DNA from: Deltaproteobacteria bacterium
GTDB taxonomy: Bacteria > JAGRBM01 > JAHCIT01
Reading direction: 5' to 3'
Length of the DNA: 60,526 bases
Assembly: GCA_026129095.1 (NCBI GenBank)
Contig: JAHCIT010000001.1
Coordinates: 558,245-618,770, forward strand
Shown here: positions 8,210 to 17,856 of the stretch, one piece after another
How positions within the stretch are numbered: position 1 is the first letter of the stretch
Layout of the letters: every line of letters begins with the position of its first letter
Notes under the pieces: model-generated
Seen by the model: the letters and a program-made list of their open reading frames with translations, nothing else
What the model was told of the DNA's origin: nothing
Databases searched by the model: none
Made by a program: the position numbers and the translations under genes

Positions 8210-9013
8210 GTGGCAAAAAAGAAGACCATACCGGAACTTCAGGCCATGAAAGCCAAGGACGAGAAGATCGTCATGGTCACGGCCTACGACGCGACGTTCA
8301 CCCGGATCCTGGACCAGGCCGGGGTGGACTGCGTTCTGGTGGGCGATTCCCTGTCGATGGTGATCCAGGGCAATCCGGACACCCTCTCGGTCACGCTCGA
8401 TGAAATGATCTACCACGGCCGGATTGTCCGGCGCGGCATCTCCAAGGCCCATCTGGTTGTCGATCTGCCGTTCGGCTCCTATCAGGAGTCTCCCGAACAG
8501 GCCGTGCGTTCGGCTTCGAGACTCATGAAAGAGGGAGGCGCCGAAAGCGTGAAGCTGGAGGGTGGCCTCCCGATGGTTCCCTCGGTGCGGCGTCTTTCCG
8601 AGGTGGGCATCCCGGTCATGGGTCACATCGGCCTCACGCCGCAGTCGATCCACGCTTTCGGGGGCTTCAAGGTGCAGGGCCGTTCAGCCGAGGCGGCCGC
8701 GATCCTGAAGGAATCGGCTCTCGCCCTTGAGGATGCTGGCGCCTGGGCCATCGTTCTGGAGGGGATCCCTTCGGCCCTTGCCCGGGAGATTTCACTCTCG
8801 CTCCGTATCCCCACAATCGGTATCGGCGCCGGCGCGGCCTGTGACGGGCAGGTACTCGTAATTTATGACCTGCTGGGAATGGACAATTCATTCAACCCCA
8901 AGTTTGCCAAAAAATACGCCAAGCTGGCCGACACCATCAATGAAGCCGTCGGCTCGTTCATCGGAGAGGTCCGTTCGGGGCAGTTCCCGGCGGCGGAGCA
9001 CAGCTACTCATGA
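8210..9013 (+). CDS. panB: 3-methyl-2-oxobutanoate hydroxymethyltransferase
   Basis: VTAYD, LVGDS, VKLEGG, GHIGLTPQ and TIGIGAG motifs; GTG 8210 after GGAG (an in-frame ATG at 8153 is an alternative start). Confidence 0.97.
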   Translation: MAKKKTIPELQAMKAKDEKIVMVTAYDATFTRILDQAGVDCVLVGDSLSMVIQGNPDTLSVTLDEMIYHGRIVRRGISKAHLVVDLPFGSYQESPEQAVRSASRLMKEGGAESVKLEGGLPMVPSVRRLSEVGIPVMGHIGLTPQSIHAFGGFKVQGRSAEAAAILKESALALEDAGAWAIVLEGIPSALAREISLSLRIPTIGIGAGAACDGQVLVIYDLLGMDNSFNPKFAKKYAKLADTINEAVGSFIGEVRSGQFPAAEHSYS

Positions 9014-9924
9014 AGGTTGTCGGCACCACGACCGAGATGCGTGATCTCACCCGGCGGCTCCGCCGGGAGGACAAAACGATCGCCTTCGTGCCAACGATGG
9101 GCTTCCTGCATGAGGGCCATGCCTCGCTGCTCCGGCTTGCCCGCCGGAAAGGCGACGTCCTGGTGCTGTCGATTTTTGTCAATCCCGCGCAGTTTGGACC
9201 CAGTGAGGATCTCGATCGTTATCCCCGGAATCTTGAAGGCGATCTTGCCATTGCCCGCCGCGAGAACGTGGACATTGTTTTCACCCCCACACCGGCGGAA
9301 ATGTACGGAACAGGCTTCCAGACCTGGATCGACGTGGCAGAAGTATCGAAGCCCCTCTGCGGCGCCTCACGGCCGGGGCATTTCCGGGGAGTGGCGACCG
9401 TAGTAGCCAAGCTGCTGAACATCGTCCATGCCGACGTGGCCGTTTTCGGTGAAAAGGATTTCCAGCAGCTGGCCGTGATCCGCCGGATGGTCCGCGACCT
9501 CGACATGGACGTGGAAATCCTGGGCGGCCCTCTCGTCCGGGAAACCGACGGTCTGGCCATGAGTTCGCGTAACGTGAACCTCTCTCCGGCCCACCGGCGT
9601 GATGCACTCGTTCTGAAGCGTGCAATCGACCGCGTTAGGGAACTGTCCGCAGCGGGTGAAACCAGCGCCGGAACACTCATCGCCGCCGCCCGGAAAGTGC
9701 TTGACGAAGTACCCGGTGGCGAGACCGACTACGTGGAGATTCGCGACGCCTCCACGCTCGAAACCATTGACCGGCTGGACGGACCCGCGCTACTGGCGCT
9801 GGCGGTCCGTTTTGGCGGTACCAGGCTCATCGACAACACGGTACTCCCTGTGGGGGGCCGGGTTCATGAGGAAAACCCGAGGGCTCCGATCCCTGAACTG
9901 TCAGGGACGGCGACCCCGCACTGA
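9010..9924 (+). CDS. panC: Pantoate-beta-alanine ligase
   Basis: FVPTMGFLHEGH, SIFVNPAQF, RPGHFRGV, FGEKDFQQ, GLAMSSRN and RLIDN motifs; ATGA overlap with panB. Confidence 0.97.
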   Translation: MKVVGTTTEMRDLTRRLRREDKTIAFVPTMGFLHEGHASLLRLARRKGDVLVLSIFVNPAQFGPSEDLDRYPRNLEGDLAIARRENVDIVFTPTPAEMYGTGFQTWIDVAEVSKPLCGASRPGHFRGVATVVAKLLNIVHADVAVFGEKDFQQLAVIRRMVRDLDMDVEILGGPLVRETDGLAMSSRNVNLSPAHRRDALVLKRAIDRVRELSAAGETSAGTLIAAARKVLDEVPGGETDYVEIRDASTLETIDRLDGPALLALAVRFGGTRLIDNTVLPVGGRVHEENPRAPIPELSGTATPH

Positions 9925-9939
9925 AGAGGAAGCACGCTC

Positions 9940-10329
9940 ATGGCAACCAGAACAATGCTCCGGGGCAAGATCCATCGCTGCACAGTGACGCAGGCCGACC
10001 TGCACTATGAGGGCAGCGTGACGATCGACCGCGACCTGATGGATGGAGCGAACCTGCTCCCCTACGAGGCTGTAGACATCTGGAACGTGGACAACGGCGA
10101 GCGGTTCTCAACCTATGCGCTCGAAGGCCCCCGTGGCTCGGGCGTCATCTGCGTCAATGGCGCCGCAGCCCGCAAGGTGGCCGTGGGCGACCGGATCATC
10201 ATCGCCCATTTCGCCCAGGCGACCGAGGAAGAAGCCCGGAGCTGGGAACCAGCCTGTGTGTTTGTCGACGAGAAGAACCGGCCGAAGAAGCTCCAGTCCT
10301 ACGAATCAGTGAATCTCCGCGCGGTCTGA
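9940..10329 (+). CDS. panD: Aspartate 1-decarboxylase (pyruvoyl enzyme)
   Basis: [16 protein letters not shown] autocleavage site, NGERFSTY and NGAAAR motifs. Confidence 0.97.
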   Translation: MATRTMLRGKIHRCTVTQADLHYEGSVTIDRDLMDGANLLPYEAVDIWNVDNGERFSTYALEGPRGSGVICVNGAAARKVAVGDRIIIAHFAQATEEEARSWEPACVFVDEKNRPKKLQSYESVNLRAV

Positions 10330-10354
10330 ATCGCACGGCATTTCCCGAAGCCAC

Positions 10355-10390
10355 AAAACGCCGCCACCGGTCACCCGGAGGCGGCGTTTC
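10355..10390. terminator. Probable bidirectional intrinsic terminator between panD and the ABC1 kinase gene
   Basis: AAACGCCGCC-A-CCGG-TCAC-CCGG-A-GGCGGCGTTT hairpin between convergent genes. Confidence 0.75.
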
Positions 10391-10403
10391 CTATTAAGGC
10401 CCT

Positions 10404-11987
10404 TCAGGCGCCCTGTTGCACGGATTCCGAGGGAGACGCCTTCACCACTGCCTCCAGCCGCTTCTTGTCCTCATTGGCGGCCATCGTGAGAACAGCCATG
10501 TGGGGCATGATGAGCTGGACGAGATCGGCTTTAGGCTGGTGCTTGTCGATCGGGATGGGTGGAGTTGCCAGGATACGGCCCAGCATGACGTACTGCTCGG
10601 GAATGTAGTCTATGCGGTGATTCTGGTCGACGGCGTTGAAATCCTCGGTCATCTGCCGGAGATTGCCCTTGAGATGGGTGATGAGATCACTACCGTCGTT
10701 GAAATGCTTTACGACGATGTCGGTCACCTTCATTCCGTAGACAGCCCATTCCCGCAGCGACTCCTTGGTGTGGAGCTTGGTGCGGTAGCTGAGATCCCAC
10801 AGGGCGTTGGTGATCTGGTCCGGATTCTTTGTGAGATATCCGTTGATGATCTCCACAACACCGACACGGAAATTCTCTGGAAGCTGCTTGGCGCAGCCGA
10901 AATCGATCATCACCAGCGCCGGCTTGCACTCAGCATTGTGCGGATCCTTGTCATAAACCATGAAATTGCCCGGATGCGTGTCAGCCTGGAAGAAACCATG
11001 CCGGGTGATCGTATGCAGCATTGAATTGAGGAGCAGCTTGTAGAGCGTGTCCTTCTTCGTACCGGGCACGTTCGGATCCGAATACCAGTCCATCATCTTG
11101 TGCCCGTTGATGAACTCCATGCCGATCACCGCATTCGTGCAGTATTCGGGATACAGCTCCGGAATGATGATTTCGCCCTTCTCTCGCATCGCCGCAAGCA
11201 GTTCCCGCATCCGGACGTGGTTCTCGATCTCGTTTCGGTAGTCGAGCTCCATCCGGATGTATTTGACGAATTCACCGATGGTTTTTCCGTGATCGATGCC
11301 AGATACTTCTTTGTACCAGGCCAGCTCAATGATCCGGACGAAGATGGGGAGCATCAGGTTGATAACGTTCAGATCGGTATGAAACTTGGCATCAATGCCG
11401 GGATACTTGATCTTCATGACCCCGTGACGGCCGTCCTTGAAGATACAGCGGTGAACCTGTCCGATGGAGGCACAGGCCAGGGGCTCCGTATCAAAACTGA
11501 GGCAGATATCCTCGATCTCCTTGCCGAACTCCTCACGGATCCGTCGGCGGATCTGCCGGGTTGACGCACGCGGCACACGGTCCTGCATCTTGGTCATCTC
11601 GACCAGGTAGATCGGTGGCAGAAGCGCCATCTGGGTCGAAAGAAACTGTCCGATCTTGATGTACACACCCTTGAGGAGAACAAAGGAATCGTAGATGCGC
11701 CGGGCATTCCGGGCATGGACCTCCTCCAGAGCCTCCCGCCGTTTGCCCTTTTCCGTGAAGGTCTTGGTAATGAGGGCGAACCAGACGTAGCTCACCAGCA
11801 CACGGGCAAACAGGTAGGTCGTAATGATCGTCCGTGGGATGCGGTAGTCCATCAGGAAGCCCCAGAAGCCGGAGCCAGCATGAGGCAGGTCTCCCTGCTT
11901 TTCAGCCTCTTCCCTGGCCTTCTTGACCTTGGCCACCCATTCGTCGACTTCCTGTTCGGAAGGCGCTTTTACCGGTTCACGCTCCAC
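10404..11987 (-). CDS. ABC1/UbiB/AarF-family atypical protein kinase
   Basis: IKIGQFLST (KxGQ), PLACASIGQVH, KIKYPG, ELDYRNE, QADTHPGN and IDFGC motifs. Confidence 0.92.
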   Translation of the reverse strand: MEREPVKAPSEQEVDEWVAKVKKAREEAEKQGDLPHAGSGFWGFLMDYRIPRTIITTYLFARVLVSYVWFALITKTFTEKGKRREALEEVHARNARRIYDSFVLLKGVYIKIGQFLSTQMALLPPIYLVEMTKMQDRVPRASTRQIRRRIREEFGKEIEDICLSFDTEPLACASIGQVHRCIFKDGRHGVMKIKYPGIDAKFHTDLNVINLMLPIFVRIIELAWYKEVSGIDHGKTIGEFVKYIRMELDYRNEIENHVRMRELLAAMREKGEIIIPELYPEYCTNAVIGMEFINGHKMMDWYSDPNVPGTKKDTLYKLLLNSMLHTITRHGFFQADTHPGNFMVYDKDPHNAECKPALVMIDFGCAKQLPENFRVGVVEIINGYLTKNPDQITNALWDLSYRTKLHTKESLREWAVYGMKVTDIVVKHFNDGSDLITHLKGNLRQMTEDFNAVDQNHRIDYIPEQYVMLGRILATPPIPIDKHQPKADLVQLIMPHMAVLTMAANEDKKRLEAVVKASPSESVQQGA

Positions 11988-12173
11988 GAGATTATTACCT
12001 TCCCGGCCATTCCGTTTTATTCACAGGCAAATGGCCGTCCGTTCCCGGCTTCCACATAGCGGAGAACGGTCCAAATTCCCAACGGTTCCGCATTCTTGCC
12101 GACTTACCGATGGGTTGTCTAGCTCCGGCCATTCTGAATAGGACTCATCAAAGGCTACAAAGCTATTTTCTGG

Positions 12174-12214
12174 CCAAAAAGACACCGGAGCAGCCCCGTA
12201 AGCCTGCTCCGGTG
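12174..12214 (-). terminator. Intrinsic terminator of the large lipoprotein gene
   Basis: 11-bp stem CACCGGAGCAG/CTGCTCCGGTG (12183-12214) followed on the minus strand by TCTTTTTGG. Confidence 0.8.
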
Positions 12215-12241
12215 AACTCTACAACCCTTGTGAATTAGTAT

Positions 12242-14296
12242 TCAGGGCCCAGGATTTGTCACTGTAATTGTTACAAAGCCGGATGACGGCACATGGCCCT
12301 GTCCGGAAGTGTAGGCCCTAAGCGTCGACCCGCCCCATGAACTCAGATCAACACTTGAGCAGGACGCCGAACTGCCTGTGTAAGGGCAAGTCACGATTGG
12401 ATACTCGAAGACCGGGCGATCGCCGGAATTGGACGGTGCCGCAACAATCACGATATTGCCGGATGGATTTGGAGTTCCAGAGACCACCGACGCTGGGATC
12501 GTGAAGTTGAACGACAGGCCCTCCCCGGCAGCTACCGTCGTCGGGCTGTTGGTACTGGGCCCGCCCGTCCGTCGGGTCTGGAACGAAATACCGTCAGCTA
12601 TATTGACCGGTTTGCCGTTAACCACTCCACCCGGTGGCTGGCAGGTACCGTTTGGGCGGTCACCCGGGACGTTGCTGCCAAAATTGCTCACTGGAAGCGA
12701 AATCGTCGGGTCGCTGGCGGGACGGGCCGAATTGACCAGTGGCAGACCGTTGCCGCTGGAATAGAACGTCGTATAGACGCAGAAGCTGTCAGCCAAGCCG
12801 TTGCCATAGTCCGGCTGGATCACACCGGTGTCCAGACCTTCAGGATCGGGCGCCGGGATCGGAATAAAGGCGCTGGTCGCACGTGCCTCGATAGTCTGGA
12901 AGGTGATATCCAAGCTTGATACGTCTTCGGTAGGATCAACGCCGAAGCCGCTATTACCCCACGCGTATACACCGGACATGAATGCCATCTGGGGTGGCGC
13001 AGGGAGCGGATCGGGCGAATCCGCCAGAGGCATACAGTCCTCGTGGTAAAGAAATCCGGAGTTACCGTCTGACAGGCCTGTCAGATTGCATACATTGAAT
13101 GACTTGAGCGCTTCACGGATTCCCGTCTTGTCCGGCTGATTCGCCACCGACAGATCTACTGCAAGACCCAAGGCAGGGATCCACGGACGAAGGGGCTGGT
13201 CCTGGTCAAAGTCGATCTCCGCCACAAGCGCGCCGATCGGAATATTCTGCGGCGAGATGCCCGTTTCAGTCAGCGGGGGAGTATCCGTGTGGGTCCGAAT
13301 CACAGACACGCCATATTTGCCGGCGTTGCTAACCGATGTCACAAACCCGGAATTGCCCCACTCGGGATGACGTCCCGGATACCACGCCATAAACCTGTAG
13401 TCCCGGCCAACGGGTACATCAGGAAACACGTTCGCTTCGTCTGGTTCGGAATTCGGGCAGCTCTCCCCGTCTAGCGCTGCTACAATCTCGTCATTGCAGT
13501 TGTACTGGTCATCGGAGATATTCCGCACCGGGAATCCGTAGCCGGTGTCCTGGTCGACAAGGCCGATATGCACGAACCGCTCCGGATAGGGATAATCACC
13601 GTAGCTGGGAGGCCCCGCATACCGTGGCAGATTATCGCCTGTAGATGTTACTCCCACGGTAAGGTTGGAACCGGCAGCCCGCCGGGCTTCGATCAGTATC
13701 ACCTGGCCGTCGCCTGTAATATCTACTGTCGCTTCGCCCTCGCACAGTTCCGGAATCACTGAATACTGGGGAGTAGAGCTTCCTGAACTGACCCGGCTCC
13801 GCACCCAGGCAGTAAACTCGATCCTGATTTCTGTCGGCGGCAACAGAAAGATCGCTGACAGGCCGGCACCGCCATCCGCCGCCGGCAACATGGTCGAGCC
13901 GACGACATCAGAGTCACCTTCAAACGGAAGCGGATTGAGATAGGGGTTCAGATAAACCGCCCGACGCACATGGCTCCGGTTATTACGGTTAACAAATGTC
14001 GTCAGGCGGCCCAGTTCGTCCTCGGACAGTTCACCGCGTTCAAGTTGTCTGGCGATTTCCTCACCACCGATATCGGTGAACCGGAACCGGATGTATTCCG
14101 GCAGCACCTGGCCACTGCAGAGTTCGTCGGGATCGAACGCCTGCGCGGTCAGCGCCCCGGCATTATCGGCAGTAACGATCTGGATCGGCACGCTGACACG
14201 CTCCGGACCGCCGTGTGAAAAGCAGCCCGTCATCAGCACGGCCATCCCTAAGACGGGTACCAAACCCACAATACGAACAAACGGCTTCCGTAACAT
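12242..14296 (-). CDS. Large hypothetical surface lipoprotein (~684 aa; Pro/Gly/Ser/Thr/Asp-rich, paired Cys)
   Basis: Long ORF; ATG 14296 after AGGAG; signal peptide with lipobox LMTG-C; no recognised domain. Confidence 0.75.
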   Translation of the reverse strand: MLRKPFVRIVGLVPVLGMAVLMTGCFSHGGPERVSVPIQIVTADNAGALTAQAFDPDELCSGQVLPEYIRFRFTDIGGEEIARQLERGELSEDELGRLTTFVNRNNRSHVRRAVYLNPYLNPLPFEGDSDVVGSTMLPAADGGAGLSAIFLLPPTEIRIEFTAWVRSRVSSGSSTPQYSVIPELCEGEATVDITGDGQVILIEARRAAGSNLTVGVTSTGDNLPRYAGPPSYGDYPYPERFVHIGLVDQDTGYGFPVRNISDDQYNCNDEIVAALDGESCPNSEPDEANVFPDVPVGRDYRFMAWYPGRHPEWGNSGFVTSVSNAGKYGVSVIRTHTDTPPLTETGISPQNIPIGALVAEIDFDQDQPLRPWIPALGLAVDLSVANQPDKTGIREALKSFNVCNLTGLSDGNSGFLYHEDCMPLADSPDPLPAPPQMAFMSGVYAWGNSGFGVDPTEDVSSLDITFQTIEARATSAFIPIPAPDPEGLDTGVIQPDYGNGLADSFCVYTTFYSSGNGLPLVNSARPASDPTISLPVSNFGSNVPGDRPNGTCQPPGGVVNGKPVNIADGISFQTRRTGGPSTNSPTTVAAGEGLSFNFTIPASVVSGTPNPSGNIVIVAAPSNSGDRPVFEYPIVTCPYTGSSASCSSVDLSSWGGSTLRAYTSGQGHVPSSGFVTITVTNPGP

Positions 14297-14806
14297 AGTC
14301 ACCACTCCTGCCGACACGCGATTTCCGCTCATCCCCCAACAAAAGAGGGCCAGACGGCGGTTTCCCTATCAACCACAGCTTATATCTTCAGGGCACGCCT
14401 GAAGCCATAACCAGCACAAAAAACCTATCATTCCCGGCATTGGTTTGGAAGCGATACACATCACGTCCTGAAAAGTTCCAAGCCCATGAATTTTGGCTGT
14501 TTTCCAGTGATTCAACGCACGTTTCGCCTGTCATTAGCGCAAGTCCGGGCTCAAGCGTGTGACATGGATCCCCAGTTTTCATGCAACCATTGCACGCCCA
14601 TGCCATGAGGATGTCGCCATCACGGGACATTTTATGTCCGGTTTGCCGGAAACCGAATCACAGACCAGAGCTGCAGTAACCCGGTGTGAATGGGCTGCCA
14701 GCACAACTATTTGTTAATATTGGGGAAATCTGGATTATCTGAGCTTCATCAAAAGCCAGCCATTTGGCATAAGCCGTGAATATGAAATCCCAAGGAGTGC
14801 TGCCAG

Positions 14807-15154
14807 ATGATGAAGCGAGGACTGATTGCTGGAGCCGACCCCAGTGTTGTCGCCGCCCTGCAGGTAATGCTGTACGGGCAAGTCTGCATCGACTCTCTGC
14901 GGGAGGGCTCTGGAGCTGAACTGCTCGGCGCTGTTTCACGCCGGACCTACGACTGGGTCATGGTCGAGGAAAGCGGGAATTCGCATCTGGATCGGGATGC
15001 ACTGGCGGCCCTGGCTTCACGCACGCATGTCATCGTAGTGAGCAGCCATGACCGGGAGGCTGCCACCGGGCTGGAATCGCAGGCCATTTATCTGGAAAAA
15101 GATGCCCGCCTTTCCGAGCGGCTAAAGACCGTCCAACAGGTCACCGTGCATTGA
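14807..15154 (+). CDS. Single-domain degenerate (pseudo-)receiver protein
   Basis: AAGGAG Shine-Dalgarno; CheY-like pattern LIAGADPSVV...YDWVMVEE...VIVVSS...YLEKD. Confidence 0.65.
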   Translation: MMKRGLIAGADPSVVAALQVMLYGQVCIDSLREGSGAELLGAVSRRTYDWVMVEESGNSHLDRDALAALASRTHVIVVSSHDREAATGLESQAIYLEKDARLSERLKTVQQVTVH

Positions 15155-15259
15155 CAGGCACGATACAGCGATAGCGAACAGGGCCGTATTCAGCGGTGGC
15201 CTTTCCCTCCCTAATTTCCGCTTGTTCTTTCCCGCAGGCGGACTAATCCTTTGCCGATC

Positions 15260-16243
15260 ATGAACTACCTGCTTGTCTCCGCAGCTACCCTGTTTATTAC
15301 GCTGGCTCCACCCGATCTTGGCAGCGACTCGTCATGGGCCAACTACCTGACTGCCTACCCGGAAGTCCGCCAGCGAATTGAAAATCATGAAAAATGGGTC
15401 AAGGCCCTGTCACCGGACAAGACCGCATGGGTCGAACTGGCCGACGCCCATTTTGATGCTGACCCGCTCTGGGCACGGGAGATGCTCAGCTTCCTTGATG
15501 CGCAGACAGCCAGCACCGAAGTTCTCACCGCTACACGGGCGTTGGACCAGTTCCTTGGCGACAACCGGATACACGAGGCAGCGGAACTCGCCCAGGCGAA
15601 ACTGCTTCTCAATGACGGCTATGCCCGTGCCTGGCGCGACCTTGTTTCGGCCATGGCCGAAGCCCAGGGGTTTGAATATCACATCCAGTGCTGGAACCAT
15701 TTTCATACCCAGCGCGTCGAAAGCGACATTGTTTTCAATACCAGTGGCCGCGGTGGAATTGAGACCTACCGTCGCCAGTATCCGGGTGCATCGCCCCTAT
15801 GGCAGCCTTGCCTGGATTTCCTGGACCGCAATCCTGCCGTTTACGACGCCGCCCGCCGCTACTTTATGGTCCTGAAGGGCGATACCGGACTTTCCGGCCA
15901 GGTGGACCGGCTCTATAGCCGTCTCCGGCAGGAATCGAACGAGGTGATGCTGGTCGAGATATGGCGTCTCAGACTTCAGATCGCTCGCCACCGGGACTTC
16001 TGGGTCCGGTTCCTCAATCACGAGCGGGCACGGGCCTCCCGGGGTGACAGCGCCCCCGCCCTGCTTCGGATCCGCCGCGAATTTTCTGCCGACTCCGATA
16101 CAGCTGCACGGCTGGTTCAGTTTCGGAAATGGGCCCTCGGCATTGAAAACCTGAGCCGCCGCATGCACGTCCGGCGAGTGGCACTCCGGGAAGCGAGCCG
16201 TCCGGTCATCCTGAGCCAGCTCCCTTCCGTCTCCCGGCCATAA
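15260..16243 (+). CDS. Hypothetical secreted alpha-helical protein with ~17-aa degenerate repeats
   Basis: N-terminal signal-like segment; periodic helical pattern (see findings). Confidence 0.7.
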   Translation: MNYLLVSAATLFITLAPPDLGSDSSWANYLTAYPEVRQRIENHEKWVKALSPDKTAWVELADAHFDADPLWAREMLSFLDAQTASTEVLTATRALDQFLGDNRIHEAAELAQAKLLLNDGYARAWRDLVSAMAEAQGFEYHIQCWNHFHTQRVESDIVFNTSGRGGIETYRRQYPGASPLWQPCLDFLDRNPAVYDAARRYFMVLKGDTGLSGQVDRLYSRLRQESNEVMLVEIWRLRLQIARHRDFWVRFLNHERARASRGDSAPALLRIRREFSADSDTAARLVQFRKWALGIENLSRRMHVRRVALREASRPVILSQLPSVSRP

Positions 16244-16309
16244 CGGCTTGCGGTATTAGCGTGAGAGGCATTACGATGGAGCCATCAGCCTCCGTCACAG
16301 GAAGGATAC

Positions 16310-17842
16310 TTGGCTCTGCCCGCTGCCATTCAGCCATTGCACCAGATCATTACTGATCTGGCCGGAAAAGTCCGCGCCCATTACCCGTTGATCGGGCTTC
16401 GCACCACCGAAGAAGAGCGTGCGGAACGGGTATTCTCGGACGTATCGAAACAAACAAACCGTCACCTTGTCCGATGGACTACGGCGAGCGGGTTTATCCT
16501 GCTCCGCGCAGAGGCAGATACTGCACCGAATGGCCCGGTCCAGACCAAAGATCCCACTGGGCTTGCAACTGCGATCGACAATGGTCCGGACAATACAATC
16601 TACCTGCTCGAGGACTTCGGCACATATCTTGAGTTACCCGTTTTGCGGCGCGCACTGCGCGACCATTTCCGCCGATGGGTGTCACGGGGCATAACCCTGG
16701 CCCTGACCGGGCCCACCATCTGGCCACCAGACGAACTGGCCACCGATATGGTTGTAGCTGACCTCCCGCTGCCCTGCGGATTCGAGCTGGAACAGCTGGT
16801 CCGCAACATCGCCAGAGCCGCCGGGCGGAATGTAGACGCGCTGGCCGAACGCATAGCGGCGGCGGCCGGGGGACTCACGGAAGCCGAAGCATCACGGCTT
16901 TTTCACCGGCTTCTTGGAACGGGAAAAGACCCCGTGCCGGACGACATCCAGATGCTGATTCGGGAGAAAAAGCAGCTTCTGGGGCGCGGCGAAACCCTGG
17001 AGTTTTTCGAATCGCCCGATACGTTGGCCTCCATCGCCGGCCTCGACAACCTGAAAGAATGGCTCGTAAGCCGGGAGCGGGCATTCTCCCGGGAAGCCCG
17101 CGATTTCGGCCTGCCGGAACCCAAGGGACTTTTCCTCCTGGGGGTCCAGGGGTGTGGAAAGTCGCTGACAGCAAAAGCGGTGGCGAACCTGTGGCGACTG
17201 CCGTTGCTCAGGTTTGACCTCGGATCGCTCTTTTCCAGCGGAAAGTCCGGACCTGAAGAACTGATGCGGAGATCACTCCAGGTGGCAGCATCCATCGCCC
17301 CGGCCGTGCTCTGGATTGATGAAATCGAAAAGGGATTCGCAGGCATAGAAGGCGGCACCGGGACGGCGGCGCGCCTGCTGGGCAGCTTCATCACCTGGAT
17401 GCAGGAAAAAAATGCTCCGGTATTCGTTGTTGCGACGGCTAACTCGATCGAACAGCTTCCGCCGGAACTCCTCCGCAAGGGCCGGTTTGACGAGATATTC
17501 TTCGTTGACCTGCCAAGCCTTGCCGAACGTCGTCAGATTTTCGAAGTTCATCTGAAACACCGGCGGCGCGATCCGGCAGCCTTCGACCTCGACACACTTG
17601 CCGCCAAGGCCGACAAGTTCTCCGGTGCCGAAATCGAAGCCGCAATAGTCGCCGGCCTGTACGAAGCATTTTCGGACGCCCGGGAACTCAACACCGCTGA
17701 TATCATGAAAGCACTCAAGGAGACCGTTCCCCTGGCGCTCACCCAGCAGGAGCGAATAAAGGCGCTCAAAGACTGGGCAGAAGGTCGGGCACGGCGTGCA
17801 TCGGCCGATGCGCGAATGCTGGATCTGCTCTCCAATCGCTAA
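16310..17842 (+). CDS. Ycf46/SpoVK-like AAA+ ATPase (degenerate N-terminal AAA plus an active AAA domain)
   Basis: GVQGCGKS Walker A, LWIDEIEK Walker [29 protein letters not shown] start after AGGAAGGA. Confidence 0.92.
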   Translation: MALPAAIQPLHQIITDLAGKVRAHYPLIGLRTTEEERAERVFSDVSKQTNRHLVRWTTASGFILLRAEADTAPNGPVQTKDPTGLATAIDNGPDNTIYLLEDFGTYLELPVLRRALRDHFRRWVSRGITLALTGPTIWPPDELATDMVVADLPLPCGFELEQLVRNIARAAGRNVDALAERIAAAAGGLTEAEASRLFHRLLGTGKDPVPDDIQMLIREKKQLLGRGETLEFFESPDTLASIAGLDNLKEWLVSRERAFSREARDFGLPEPKGLFLLGVQGCGKSLTAKAVANLWRLPLLRFDLGSLFSSGKSGPEELMRRSLQVAASIAPAVLWIDEIEKGFAGIEGGTGTAARLLGSFITWMQEKNAPVFVVATANSIEQLPPELLRKGRFDEIFFVDLPSLAERRQIFEVHLKHRRRDPAAFDLDTLAAKADKFSGAEIEAAIVAGLYEAFSDARELNTADIMKALKETVPLALTQQERIKALKDWAEGRARRASADARMLDLLSNR

Positions 17843-17856
17843 CATCCGCCCGCCTC

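Noticed and set aside
7906-8403. 165-aa ORF across the RNA element
   Set aside because: TTG start, low-complexity product, and it overlaps panB out of frame
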